64,000 nt of DNA from NCBI GenBank assembly GCA_965197585.1, contig OZ240215.1:864001-928000 (forward strand), in the 5' to 3' direction. This DNA is from Dehalococcoidia bacterium. GTDB taxonomy: Bacteria; Chloroflexota; Dehalococcoidia; Plut-88900. A program made the translations under genes and the position numbers. This document shows positions 47,211 through 56,198 of this stretch, piece after piece; within the stretch, counting starts at the first letter, position 1; every line of letters starts with the position of its first letter. Under the pieces are notes generated by a model. It was not told the origin of the DNA and did not search any database. It saw only the letters and a list, made by a program, of their open reading frames with translations.

Positions 47211-47846
47211 ATGTCTCGTCATCGAACCGGCCCAGCGCAGGTCGATAACCCAGCGGCTCGGCTGGAAGCCGACGTGGAACTGCTGAAGAGTTGCCTCCCT
47301 GCTCCCCCGCCTCCCGTGGCAAATCCGTACCTGGTCTTGATGTGTGGTTTACCGGGCGTCGGCAAGACTCATTTCGCGCGGTGCCTGGCTGCCGAAGCGC
47401 GGTTGCAGATGATAGAGTCGGACGCGGCGCGGAAGGCATTGATGGTTGTGCCCGCGTATAATGCCGAGGAGAACCTTCGAGTTTTTGCAGCGTGCCGCAG
47501 GCTGATGGATGAGCTACTGGACAACGGCGTACCCGTCCTGCTGGACGCTACCAACGTTACGGAGCGCGACCGAGCCTATTCATACGCGGCGGCTGAGGGG
47601 AGGGGGGCGGAGGTAATGGTGGTCAGGGTAACGGCGCCGGAGAGCGAGGTACGCCGGAGACTCAGGCGTCGGGAGCGGGGGCTTGCGAAGGACGGAGCAT
47701 CGAATGCGGGTTGGGACGTCTATTTGAAGATGAAGGCCCGCGAGGAACCTGTGACAAGACCTCACTTTGTCGTAGATACTTCGAAAGACATAACACCGGC
47801 AATCGTGAAAATATCGAATAAACTGAAAGTCATAAACGGAGACTAG
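47211..47846 (+). CDS. P-loop kinase (AAA_33 family)
   Basis: GLPGVGKT Walker A, SD..RK.L, V.LDATN. Confidence 0.85.
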   Translation: MSRHRTGPAQVDNPAARLEADVELLKSCLPAPPPPVANPYLVLMCGLPGVGKTHFARCLAAEARLQMIESDAARKALMVVPAYNAEENLRVFAACRRLMDELLDNGVPVLLDATNVTERDRAYSYAAAEGRGAEVMVVRVTAPESEVRRRLRRRERGLAKDGASNAGWDVYLKMKAREEPVTRPHFVVDTSKDITPAIVKISNKLKVINGD

Positions 47847-47859
47847 AGGAGACTCATAA

Positions 47860-49365
47860 ATGGAAATAACCGTTGTCCAAGGCAACATAACGGAACTGAA
47901 AACCGACGCGGCTGTGGTCAACCTGTTCGAAGGGGTCAAGCAGCCGGGCGGCGGCACGGGAGCGGTCGACATGGCCCTGGACCGGGCTATCAGCAACCTG
48001 ATAGCCGATGGCGAGTTGACGGGCAAGGAGGGGGAGATAGTCCAACTGCACACGATGGGCAAAATAGCTCCAAAGCGGGTTGTGGTGGTCGGCCTGGGCA
48101 AAAAAGAGAAGTTCGATGAGGACACCGTGCGCCGGGTGATGGGCGGTCTCTGCCGCAACCTTCGGGCGAAGGGCGTGAGGAAGGTGGCGACAATCGTGCA
48201 TGGGGCGGGGATAGGCGGAATGGACGCCGGGGAGTCGGCGTGCGCGATAGCCGAGGGCAGCGTGCTTGGGACGTACAGGTTTTCCAAGCATAGGACCACG
48301 GCGCCCGAGACAGGCGAAATTGAGACACTGGCCTTGGTCGAGGTGGATGATTCCAAGCTGGCGTCGCTGGAAGCAGGCGTGGAGAAGGGCAAGGTTATCG
48401 CCGAGGCGGCGAACCTCGCCCGTGACATGGCCAACGAACCGGCCAACTTCATGACACCGACGGACATGGCGGCAACGGCTGAACGGGTTGCAGAGGACTC
48501 GGGGCTGGAAGTCGAGGTGCTGGACGAGATGCAGATGGACGGGCTGGGGATGGGGGCTATTGCCGGTGTGGCCAAGGGGACCCGCCAGCCGCCAAAGTTC
48601 ATCATATTGCGATATCGCGGTGCGGGAGACGGAGCCGATAAGAACATTGGGCTCGTAGGGAAAGGTGTGACCTTCGACTCGGGAGGAATTTCTCTCAAGC
48701 CGGCGGCCAATATGGGCGAGATGAAGGGCGACATGTCGGGTGGGGCGTCGGTTATAGCTACGATGGGAGCTATAGGGAAGCTGAAGCCGAAGGTCAACGT
48801 AACGGGCCTCGTCCCCGCATCCGAGAACCTGCCGGGAGGCGCGGCCCAGAAGCCGGGCGACGTGGTAAGGGCAATGAACGGCAAGACCATCGAGATTGAG
48901 AACACCGACGCCGAAGGCAGACTTCTGCTGGCCGACGCCCTCTCCTACGGCCGGAAGATTGGCCTCACTTCGATGGTGGACATAGCAACACTTACCGGGG
49001 CGATAGTCATAGCCCTGGGGCACGTGAGCTCGGGGGTGTTCGGGAATGACCAGGACCTGGTCGAGAGCGTAATCGGGGCGGGGAAGGGGGCAGGGGAGAA
49101 GATTTGGCAGCTGCCTCTGTTTGATGAATACAAGGAGCAGAATAAGAGCGACGTGGCGGACGTGAAGAACACGGGTGGCAGGCCGGCGGGCTCGATAACC
49201 GCGGCTCAGTTTCTCTCGGAATTCAGCGAGGATACTCCCTGGGTCCACCTGGACATCGCCGGGACCTTCATGTCGAGTAAGACGAAAGGCTACGTGGTGA
49301 AGGGCGCGACGGGGGTGCCCGTAAGGACACTGATCAACTACGTGTTGTCGCAGGCGGAGAAGTAA
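47860..49365 (+). CDS. pepA: Leucyl aminopeptidase (M17)
   Basis: VGKGVTFDSGG, MKGDM.G, NTDAEGRL, ATLTGA, W.HLDIAG. Confidence 0.97.
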   Translation: MEITVVQGNITELKTDAAVVNLFEGVKQPGGGTGAVDMALDRAISNLIADGELTGKEGEIVQLHTMGKIAPKRVVVVGLGKKEKFDEDTVRRVMGGLCRNLRAKGVRKVATIVHGAGIGGMDAGESACAIAEGSVLGTYRFSKHRTTAPETGEIETLALVEVDDSKLASLEAGVEKGKVIAEAANLARDMANEPANFMTPTDMAATAERVAEDSGLEVEVLDEMQMDGLGMGAIAGVAKGTRQPPKFIILRYRGAGDGADKNIGLVGKGVTFDSGGISLKPAANMGEMKGDMSGGASVIATMGAIGKLKPKVNVTGLVPASENLPGGAAQKPGDVVRAMNGKTIEIENTDAEGRLLLADALSYGRKIGLTSMVDIATLTGAIVIALGHVSSGVFGNDQDLVESVIGAGKGAGEKIWQLPLFDEYKEQNKSDVADVKNTGGRPAGSITAAQFLSEFSEDTPWVHLDIAGTFMSSKTKGYVVKGATGVPVRTLINYVLSQAEK

Positions 49366-49418
49366 GCGAGGGCTGGAGTAAGTTGAAGAATGGAGAAATT
49401 AGCAAGAGTGATTAGGCA

Positions 49419-50558
49419 ATGCTGGGAGGACTGAAAATCAGAAGGTCCGGTCCCAAAGAAACGGACCACCAGCGATATCGCCGATACCTCAAGAATGAGT
49501 TAGAGGCGGTACAGCTATACCGGGACTTGGCCGACGTCGAGAAGAACGAAGAGCGGGCCGGTCTTTTTCGAAGGTTGGCGCAGGCGGAGATGCGTCACGT
49601 CCGGATCTGGTCGCGCAAACTGGGGCTGGAAGACCAATCGCCGGACAACTACCGGCGGACTCTGCGCGTGATAGTGCTGCGCACTGTGGCCCGGGTGCTC
49701 GGCACCCGGGCCGTCATGCCGATGATTCTGAAGTCTGAGGCAGCGGACGCTAGCACCTACAGGGAGGACCCGGAGGCGACCAACATAGTCCAGGAAGAAA
49801 TCGAGCATTTCAACGTGCTGGGTCGGCTAGCCGGTCGGCCCGACCATACCCAGATTCTCTCCCTGGAACGCCGCCATTACAGCGGCACTGTCAACGTGCG
49901 GGCAGGAGTCCTGGGATTCAACGACGGACTGCTGTCGAACCTGAGCCTGGTGATGGGGGTGGCGGGGGCTACCTCGGACCCTAACTTTATTGTGATAGCG
50001 GGGATCTCGGGGCTGCTGGCTGGGGCGTTCTCAATGGCGGCGGGGGAGTATGTGTCGGTGAGGGCACAGAGGGACGTGTACGAGAGAGAGATTGAGGTGG
50101 AAAGGGCCGAGCTGGAGGAGATGCCAAAGGAGGAGATGCAGGAGCTGGCATTTATATATCAACGAAAGGGTTTCACGAGACAGGAGGCCCGGGCTGTTGC
50201 CGAGCGGATCATCTCCAACCCGGAAGTAGCCCTGGCTACGCTGGCCCGCGAAGAGCTGGGCCTGGACCCGAGCCAGCTCGGGTACCCGTGGATGGCGGCG
50301 ATCAGCTCCTTCCTGGCCTTTGGCCTGGGGGCGGTAATACCCCTGCTCCCGAACTTGTTCACCGAAGGCCTCCTTGCACTAATGCTCACGATAGCGGTGA
50401 GCGGGGTGGCGACTGTCGGGATAGGAGTCCTGCTGGGGATCATCACGGGGAAGAACCCGCTGTGGGGAGGTGGACGCATGTTATTGGCCGGGACGATTGC
50501 AGCGGGTGTGACATACGGGATAGGCTCTGCGATAGGAATTTCCCTGGAGACACACTAG
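49419..50558 (+). CDS. VIT1/CCC1 transporter with N-terminal ferritin/rubrerythrin-like domain
   Basis: E..A..LY..LA...E.RH and EE.EH; R..VLG.NDGL.SN, SMAAGEYVSV. Confidence 0.9.
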   Translation: MLGGLKIRRSGPKETDHQRYRRYLKNELEAVQLYRDLADVEKNEERAGLFRRLAQAEMRHVRIWSRKLGLEDQSPDNYRRTLRVIVLRTVARVLGTRAVMPMILKSEAADASTYREDPEATNIVQEEIEHFNVLGRLAGRPDHTQILSLERRHYSGTVNVRAGVLGFNDGLLSNLSLVMGVAGATSDPNFIVIAGISGLLAGAFSMAAGEYVSVRAQRDVYEREIEVERAELEEMPKEEMQELAFIYQRKGFTRQEARAVAERIISNPEVALATLAREELGLDPSQLGYPWMAAISSFLAFGLGAVIPLLPNLFTEGLLALMLTIAVSGVATVGIGVLLGIITGKNPLWGGGRMLLAGTIAAGVTYGIGSAIGISLETH

Positions 50559-50650
50559 ACTCGATTGCTGGGCCGAGCCGGTAGAAGTGAGTTATTGTTA
50601 CGCCGTTCTGCTCTTCCCCTTGGCCTTCCTGCTCGGGGGCCGAGCTCTCT

Positions 50651-51613
50651 CTAACCCGCCGTCAACGCTGACCTTAGCTGGTGCATAGCCAGGTTGCCGC
50701 CGCTGACTACAACCGCCACCTTTTTGCCCCGGACTTGGTCCTTGATCTGCAATGCGCCTGCCAGGGAAGCGGCGCCCGCGCCCTCGGCCAAGGTGCGGGT
50801 CTTTTCGAGGAGCATGAGAATCGCATTCTGGATCTCTTCCTCGCTGACCTGCAGGAAATCATCGAGCATGTCCCGCATGATCGACTGAGGCATCTCGAAG
50901 GCAGTCCGGGTCGCTAGGCCCTCGGCGGCGGTCTCCATGGAGGCTTCAACCAGCTCGCCGCTCTTCCACGAAAGGTAAGCCGCAGGGGCCTTGGCCGCTC
51001 CAACGGCGATCACCTGGATGGCCGGGTTGATGGTCTTGGCGGCTATTGCTGTGCCGCAGGCCCCGCTACCCCCGCCCACCGGGACGAAAATTACTTCCAC
51101 GTCAGGGAGGTCTTCGATGATTTCGACGGCGTATGTCCCAACACCGGCGATGAGGTCGGGTTCGTTGCCGCTGTGGATGTATCGATAGCCGAACTCGGCG
51201 CAGAGGCGTTCGACGTGCCCTCGGGACTCGTCAAAGTCCGCGCCATGAAAGATGACTTCCGCGCCAAAGTCTCGCATCGCTTCCACCTTGCCGGGGTTCG
51301 CGCCTTCCGGCACGACGATAATCGCCCGGACTCCGAACAGCCGACCTGCGTAGGCTATCGATTGGCCGTGGTTGCCAGTCGAGGCGCAGATGATCCCCCG
51401 AGCCTTGTCCTCTTCGGAGAGCCGGGATACCAGATTGATCCCGCCCCTGACCTTGAAGGCCCCGGTGACCTGGTAGTTCTCGTGCTTCAGGTATACTTCG
51501 GCGCCCAGGGTGTCGGAGAGGGAGGGGTAGTGTCGGAGGGGGGTCCTGCTAACGTAGGGGCTTATGGCTCGGCGGGCAGAGAGGATATCTGCGAAGGTTG
51601 ACTGGGTGTGCAT
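50651..51613 (-). CDS. Threonine/serine dehydratase (PLP, no regulatory domain)
   Basis: RTPL, K.EN.Q.TGAFKVRG, S.GNHGQ, VGGG, EGAGA, SGGN. Confidence 0.92.
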   Translation of the reverse strand: MHTQSTFADILSARRAISPYVSRTPLRHYPSLSDTLGAEVYLKHENYQVTGAFKVRGGINLVSRLSEEDKARGIICASTGNHGQSIAYAGRLFGVRAIIVVPEGANPGKVEAMRDFGAEVIFHGADFDESRGHVERLCAEFGYRYIHSGNEPDLIAGVGTYAVEIIEDLPDVEVIFVPVGGGSGACGTAIAAKTINPAIQVIAVGAAKAPAAYLSWKSGELVEASMETAAEGLATRTAFEMPQSIMRDMLDDFLQVSEEEIQNAILMLLEKTRTLAEGAGAASLAGALQIKDQVRGKKVAVVVSGGNLAMHQLRSALTAG

Positions 51614-51817
51614 ATGGAGGCTCCGATTGTCCCGTTTACGTTTGGTAGATTTTCGAAGGGCTTGTGCTAGAGGTTAGAGTCGTATGATAGGCCTCCGTGG
51701 AGGCCCCTTCAATGTTGGCGCGATACTGTGCTAGAGTATATGCACTAATTTGAAACTGAAGAGCGGCGGGAGAAGAAGACCAATCGGGTTTCGATCCCGC
51801 AGCGAGGCTGAAAAACC

Positions 51818-52180
51818 ATGAGTGGTCTAACGGGAATTGATGTAAATACGGTGGTCAAGGCCGAGCCGAACCCTAATTTGGATGAGATACACCCCGGAGA
51901 CACCGTCAAGGTGCACTATCGGGTAATAGAAGGGACCCGGGAGCGTATCCAGGTGTTCCAGGGAACGGTCATCAGGGTCCACTCCGGCGCTATCGATGGG
52001 AACTTCACGGTGCGCAGGGTAGCGCACGCGGTGGGTGTGGAGAGGACGTTCCTGTTCAATTCACCCAGGCTTCAGAGGCTCGAAGTCGTAAAACTGGGTC
52101 GGGTCAGGCGGGCCCGCCTGTACTACCTGCGGGGCCTGTCGGGCAAGGCCGCCCGTATCAAAGAGAAGCGCTACAACTAG
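51818..52180 (+). CDS. rplS: 50S ribosomal protein L19
   Basis: GDTVKV....EG.RER.Q.F.G.VI, GVER.F, G.VRRA.LYYLR...GKAARIKE. Confidence 0.97.
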   Translation: MSGLTGIDVNTVVKAEPNPNLDEIHPGDTVKVHYRVIEGTRERIQVFQGTVIRVHSGAIDGNFTVRRVAHAVGVERTFLFNSPRLQRLEVVKLGRVRRARLYYLRGLSGKAARIKEKRYN

Positions 52181-52261
52181 AGGCCCGAGGCCCGGCTTCC
52201 GAGTCCATTTCACCTCTTCCCTGTTCCGGGGCGACCATATGCAGTGCCGCAGATATTGGCT

Positions 52262-54715
52262 ATGCCATTCGCTGAGATCGCCGTCGATGCACCCCTGGAA
52301 CCCGACAGGACTTTCACCTATTCCGTTTCCTCCCACCTGGACCTGAGACCCGGTCATTCCGTTTGGGTCCCCTTCGGGCCGCGCCGTCTGCAGGGCATCG
52401 TCTTCGAACTCGCCGCTTCTTCCAACTTCGAGGAAACGCGGGAGATAATCGGGCTTGTCGACCCTGCCCCGATTCTCGGGTCCCGGCAGCTCTCTCTCGC
52501 TCGATGGATAAGCCGCCGATACCTCTGCTCCCTCTTCGAGGCCGCTGCGTTGATGCTGCCCCACGGTTTCCGGCGCAAGGTGCGGACTTTTTATTCGCTC
52601 AACCCAGGCCCTTTGCCTGACTCCTTCGTCCCGTCGGAATCGGAGAAAAAGGCGCTGGATACGTTGGCAGAGGTGGGACGTACGGAAATTGCCGGGTTGA
52701 AGGGGAAGCTGGGGTCTCGGGCACAGGTGAGGGTGGAAAAACTGGCGAGGTGGGGGGTGGTGAGACGGGAGTCGGAGTGGCCGAGACCCGTCGTTTCTCC
52801 CAAATACGAGACACAGTTTTTCCTGAAGATGGATGCCAAACAGGCAGTTGTACGGGCGCGCCTGAAGAAAAATGCAGTCAACCAGCGAGCCCTGCTGGAT
52901 GCACTGTTCGAGATGCCTGACGGGGTTAGTGCGTCAGAGCTCAGAGAGCGCAGCATATCGACTGCTGCGATAAAAACCCTGGGGGAGAGGGGGGTATTGG
53001 GTTCCCGGAAGGTGCGGGTTATCAGGGACCCCTTGGCGTCGAGACACTACGAACGGATGGACGCACCCGCGCTTATGGAAGACCAGCAATGGGCCTGGAC
53101 GCCGATCGAGGAGGCGTTAGAAAAGTCGGCGGCGGGTGGGGAGGGGAATGCGTTCCTGCTGCGGGGGGTTACCGGAAGCGGCAAGACCGAGCTTTACATA
53201 AGGGCGCTGGAGCGCACCCTGGAGTTGGGTCGCCGGGGCATCGTGCTAGTGCCGGAGATATCGCTCACCCCGCAAACGATTCAGAGATTCAGCAGCCGGT
53301 TTCCGGGACAGGTGGCCATCTTGCACAGCCGACTGAAAGCAGGGGAGAAGTTCGACGAATGGTGGCGCATTCGAGACGGGGAATTCGGGGTGGTGATAGG
53401 CCCGAGAAGCGCATTGTTTTCGCCGCAGCCGGACCTCGGGCTGATAGTGCTGGATGAGGAGCACGACAGCTCCTACAAGCAGTCGGAGCCCGCGCCTCGC
53501 TACCACGCCAGGGACGCGGCCCTTGAACTGGCAAAGCTGTCGGGGGCAGTGGTGATTCTCGGGAGCGCGACGCCCGACGTCACGACGTCATATAGGGCGT
53601 CGATAGGAGAATTGGAATACCTGGAGCTCCCGAGACGCATATCGGTCAGGCCCAGGCTATCGGGAGTGGAAGAGGAAGGAATCGGAGGAATGGCGAGAGT
53701 CGACGTGGTGGACATGAAACAGGAGCTTAGAAGCGGCAACCGCGACATGTTCAGCCGGTTATTGCGGAGCGAGATGGGCAAGGCTCTGTATGCAGGCGAG
53801 CAGGTGATTCTGTTCATAAACAGGAGGGGTTTCGCCACGTCGGTGCACTGCCGAGAGTGTGGGCTGGTGGTCAGGTGTCGGCGCTGCGAGGTGGCGCTCA
53901 TTTATCACGGGGCCAAGGGCAAACTTGTGTGCCATCACTGCGGTTATAACATCAGGAAACCCGAGGTGTGCCGAGGCTGCGGCAGCCCGGACCTCGGGTA
54001 TTTGGGCACGGGCACGCAGCGGTTGGAAGAAGAGATGCGGCTGAGATTTCCCAATGCCAGGACATTCCGGTGGGACCGGGACTCGATCTCCAAGCCGTCG
54101 GAGCATGAGGAAGTGCTGGAGAAGCTGCAGACGGGTCAGATCGACATACTCATCGGGACTCAGATGGTGGCCCAGGGATTGCATCTGCCGCAAGTGACAC
54201 TGGTGGGGGTGATGAGCGCCGACGTCGGCATCAACTTCCCCGATTTCAGGGCGGGGGAGCGGGTGTTCCAGCTTTTGACCCAGGTGGCGGGGCGGGCGGG
54301 CCGGGGCCCGGGGGGAGGGAGGGTGGTGGTGCAGACTTTCAACCCGGATCACTACGCCATCCAGGCTGTCGCCGACCACGACTATGTCGGCTTCTACCGG
54401 CAGGAGACCAGCTATCGAAGGCAAAATCGCTATCCCCCCTACGCCCGGCTAACGAGGCTGGTCCACTCACAATTCGACCCGGCCAAGGCGGAGGCTGAGT
54501 CCCAGAAGGTTGCGGTCCGGCTGCGAAAGGAGCGCGACCGTCTGGGCCTGCCGCAGACCGACGTTCTGGGCCCGGTCCCTTGTTTCGTGCCGAGGCTGAA
54601 GGGCCGGTACCGCTGGCACGTCCTGATCAGATGCGACGAGCCCGCCCGACTCTTGGAACGGGTGGGGCTGGGTGAGGGGTGGTCGGTGGACGTGGACCCG
54701 GTGACTCTGCTGTGA
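52262..54715 (+). CDS. priA: Primosomal protein N'
   Basis: GVTGSGKTE, LVPEI.LT, DEEH, GSATP, NRRG, Zn-finger Cys pairs, GTQM, QVAGRAGR. Confidence 0.97.
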   Translation: MPFAEIAVDAPLEPDRTFTYSVSSHLDLRPGHSVWVPFGPRRLQGIVFELAASSNFEETREIIGLVDPAPILGSRQLSLARWISRRYLCSLFEAAALMLPHGFRRKVRTFYSLNPGPLPDSFVPSESEKKALDTLAEVGRTEIAGLKGKLGSRAQVRVEKLARWGVVRRESEWPRPVVSPKYETQFFLKMDAKQAVVRARLKKNAVNQRALLDALFEMPDGVSASELRERSISTAAIKTLGERGVLGSRKVRVIRDPLASRHYERMDAPALMEDQQWAWTPIEEALEKSAAGGEGNAFLLRGVTGSGKTELYIRALERTLELGRRGIVLVPEISLTPQTIQRFSSRFPGQVAILHSRLKAGEKFDEWWRIRDGEFGVVIGPRSALFSPQPDLGLIVLDEEHDSSYKQSEPAPRYHARDAALELAKLSGAVVILGSATPDVTTSYRASIGELEYLELPRRISVRPRLSGVEEEGIGGMARVDVVDMKQELRSGNRDMFSRLLRSEMGKALYAGEQVILFINRRGFATSVHCRECGLVVRCRRCEVALIYHGAKGKLVCHHCGYNIRKPEVCRGCGSPDLGYLGTGTQRLEEEMRLRFPNARTFRWDRDSISKPSEHEEVLEKLQTGQIDILIGTQMVAQGLHLPQVTLVGVMSADVGINFPDFRAGERVFQLLTQVAGRAGRGPGGGRVVVQTFNPDHYAIQAVADHDYVGFYRQETSYRRQNRYPPYARLTRLVHSQFDPAKAEAESQKVAVRLRKERDRLGLPQTDVLGPVPCFVPRLKGRYRWHVLIRCDEPARLLERVGLGEGWSVDVDPVTLL

Positions 54716-54738
54716 CGTGGGCCCCTTGCCCCCTAAAA

Positions 54739-55500
54739 GTGACACGAACCCCTTGACCAAATCAAAACACTTGTACTATTATCCCCTCGACTAGCTCGTC
54801 ACTCACCCTAACTATCTCAAGGAGGAACCACAACCCAGGGGGAAACCCAGCCCCGGCCCCGAGGACTCAACGTCCCAGCCCATCCCAAAGGGCGGCCCAC
54901 ACGCCGCCCCTCGGCTCAAGCGAAAGCCGCCATCTCCTCATACCAAAGGCCCGGCTGCCCCTTCCCCAACCACCCAGGCGATGGAAGGTCCACAGACTAT
55001 GCTCGGCATGCCCCGTCCAAGGCCCCTGCCGATTCAACGCTTCCCACTACCGGATGCGTTTACCCCGGCCATTTACGTGCCGGTTTACCGGACAGGTCAA
55101 CCGACCCCCGGTCTAGCAAGGCCCTCGTGCCTTGTTTGTCCCGCCGTCCCCGCCATCCGTCTCTACGACCGATGCACCGGGACGCCGGTTATGAAAGACC
55201 GCCTCAGGCGGCATCTTCCCCGTCAGCGGTCCGGTCAAGTGCCGCTGCCGGAGGGATCGGCCCCACACAACCCTGACCACAGCCGACAACATGTGGGGAT
55301 AATCCAGCCCGGCGCCGACGGCTCGGCAGCAACCTACGGCCTGGTTTCTAGTCCCGGACCTTCCATCGCCTGCCTCCCCTCAACAAACAAACCCGAAACA
55401 CCCAAATCCCAATCGAAGATGGAACATCCACCTTGGGCGGGTCCGCCTCAGGAGGACTGAATAAAACTCCAGTGTGTCACTAATCTACCGAACGAGTACA
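54739..55500 (+). ncRNA. Two-copy structured intergenic element, copy B
   Basis: Shares promoter architecture and 5' and 3' blocks with 25241-26090; perfect 17-bp long-range stem 54975-54991/55356-55372. Confidence 0.6.
54753..54782 (+). promoter_or_regulatory. sigma70 promoter with LexA-like box
   Basis: TTGACC-18nt-TATTAT with AAAC-ACTT-GTAC abutting the -10. Confidence 0.6.
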
Positions 55501-55586
55501 CGACCTTTACAGGTCTAAGGCCATTTCATAGAATGGGCCGGTGCCCGAATCAAACATGATATTTCGCTACGCCGCAGAGACTCCCA

Positions 55587-56072
55587 TTGGCCGTACTCCC
55601 GCTTAGAGTCGCCCCCGACCCGATACTCCGCCAGAGGGCCAAACGCGTCCGGGCTATAGACGCGTATATCAAGAAGCTGGCGGAAGACATGGTGGAGAGC
55701 ATGCATGAGTACAACGGCGTGGGTATTGCAGCTCCACAAGTGGGTGTTTCCCTCAGAGTCATCGTGATTGAGGTGCCGGATGAGCCCGTTATCACGCTTA
55801 TCAACCCGGAGATCGTGAAGAAGACCGGTGAACGTGACGTAAGCGAGGGCTGCCTGAGCATTCCGGGCTACAGGGGGGATATCAAGAGGGCGGAAACTGT
55901 CCTGGCAAAGGGGCAGGGGCTTGACGGGAAAGAGGTGAGAATCAAGGCAACGGACCTGCTCGCCCAGGCCCTGGAGCATGAGGTCGGGCATATCCAGGGT
56001 TCTCTTTATACCGACCTCCTGGAGAGCATAGACAAACTGCATAAGCTGCCCCCGGAAGAAGAGGAAGAATAG
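55587..56072 (+). CDS. def: Peptide deformylase
   Basis: GVGIAAPQVG, EGCLS, EHEVGH. Confidence 0.95.
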   Translation: MAVLPLRVAPDPILRQRAKRVRAIDAYIKKLAEDMVESMHEYNGVGIAAPQVGVSLRVIVIEVPDEPVITLINPEIVKKTGERDVSEGCLSIPGYRGDIKRAETVLAKGQGLDGKEVRIKATDLLAQALEHEVGHIQGSLYTDLLESIDKLHKLPPEEEEE

Positions 56073-56198
56073 GTGGACAGGGGGGTGGGGGGCGGTTTGA
56101 GTTATCATTGACGCAATTGTGCAAGGAATCACTAATGACTCGCGGGGCCGCAAGGCGTAGAATAGGTTATACCGACTCGTGAACGGCGGACTATTTAG

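Noticed and set aside
47854-49248. Long antisense ORFs (464 aa opposite pepA; similar ones opposite nrdJ and the amidohydrolase)
   Set aside because: Shadow ORFs expected from high-GC codon bias opposite well-supported genes
51760-51812. Possible L19 leader RNA upstream of rplS
   Set aside because: Only a weak GCGGGA/TCCCGC pairing; I cannot support a match to the known leader family by eye
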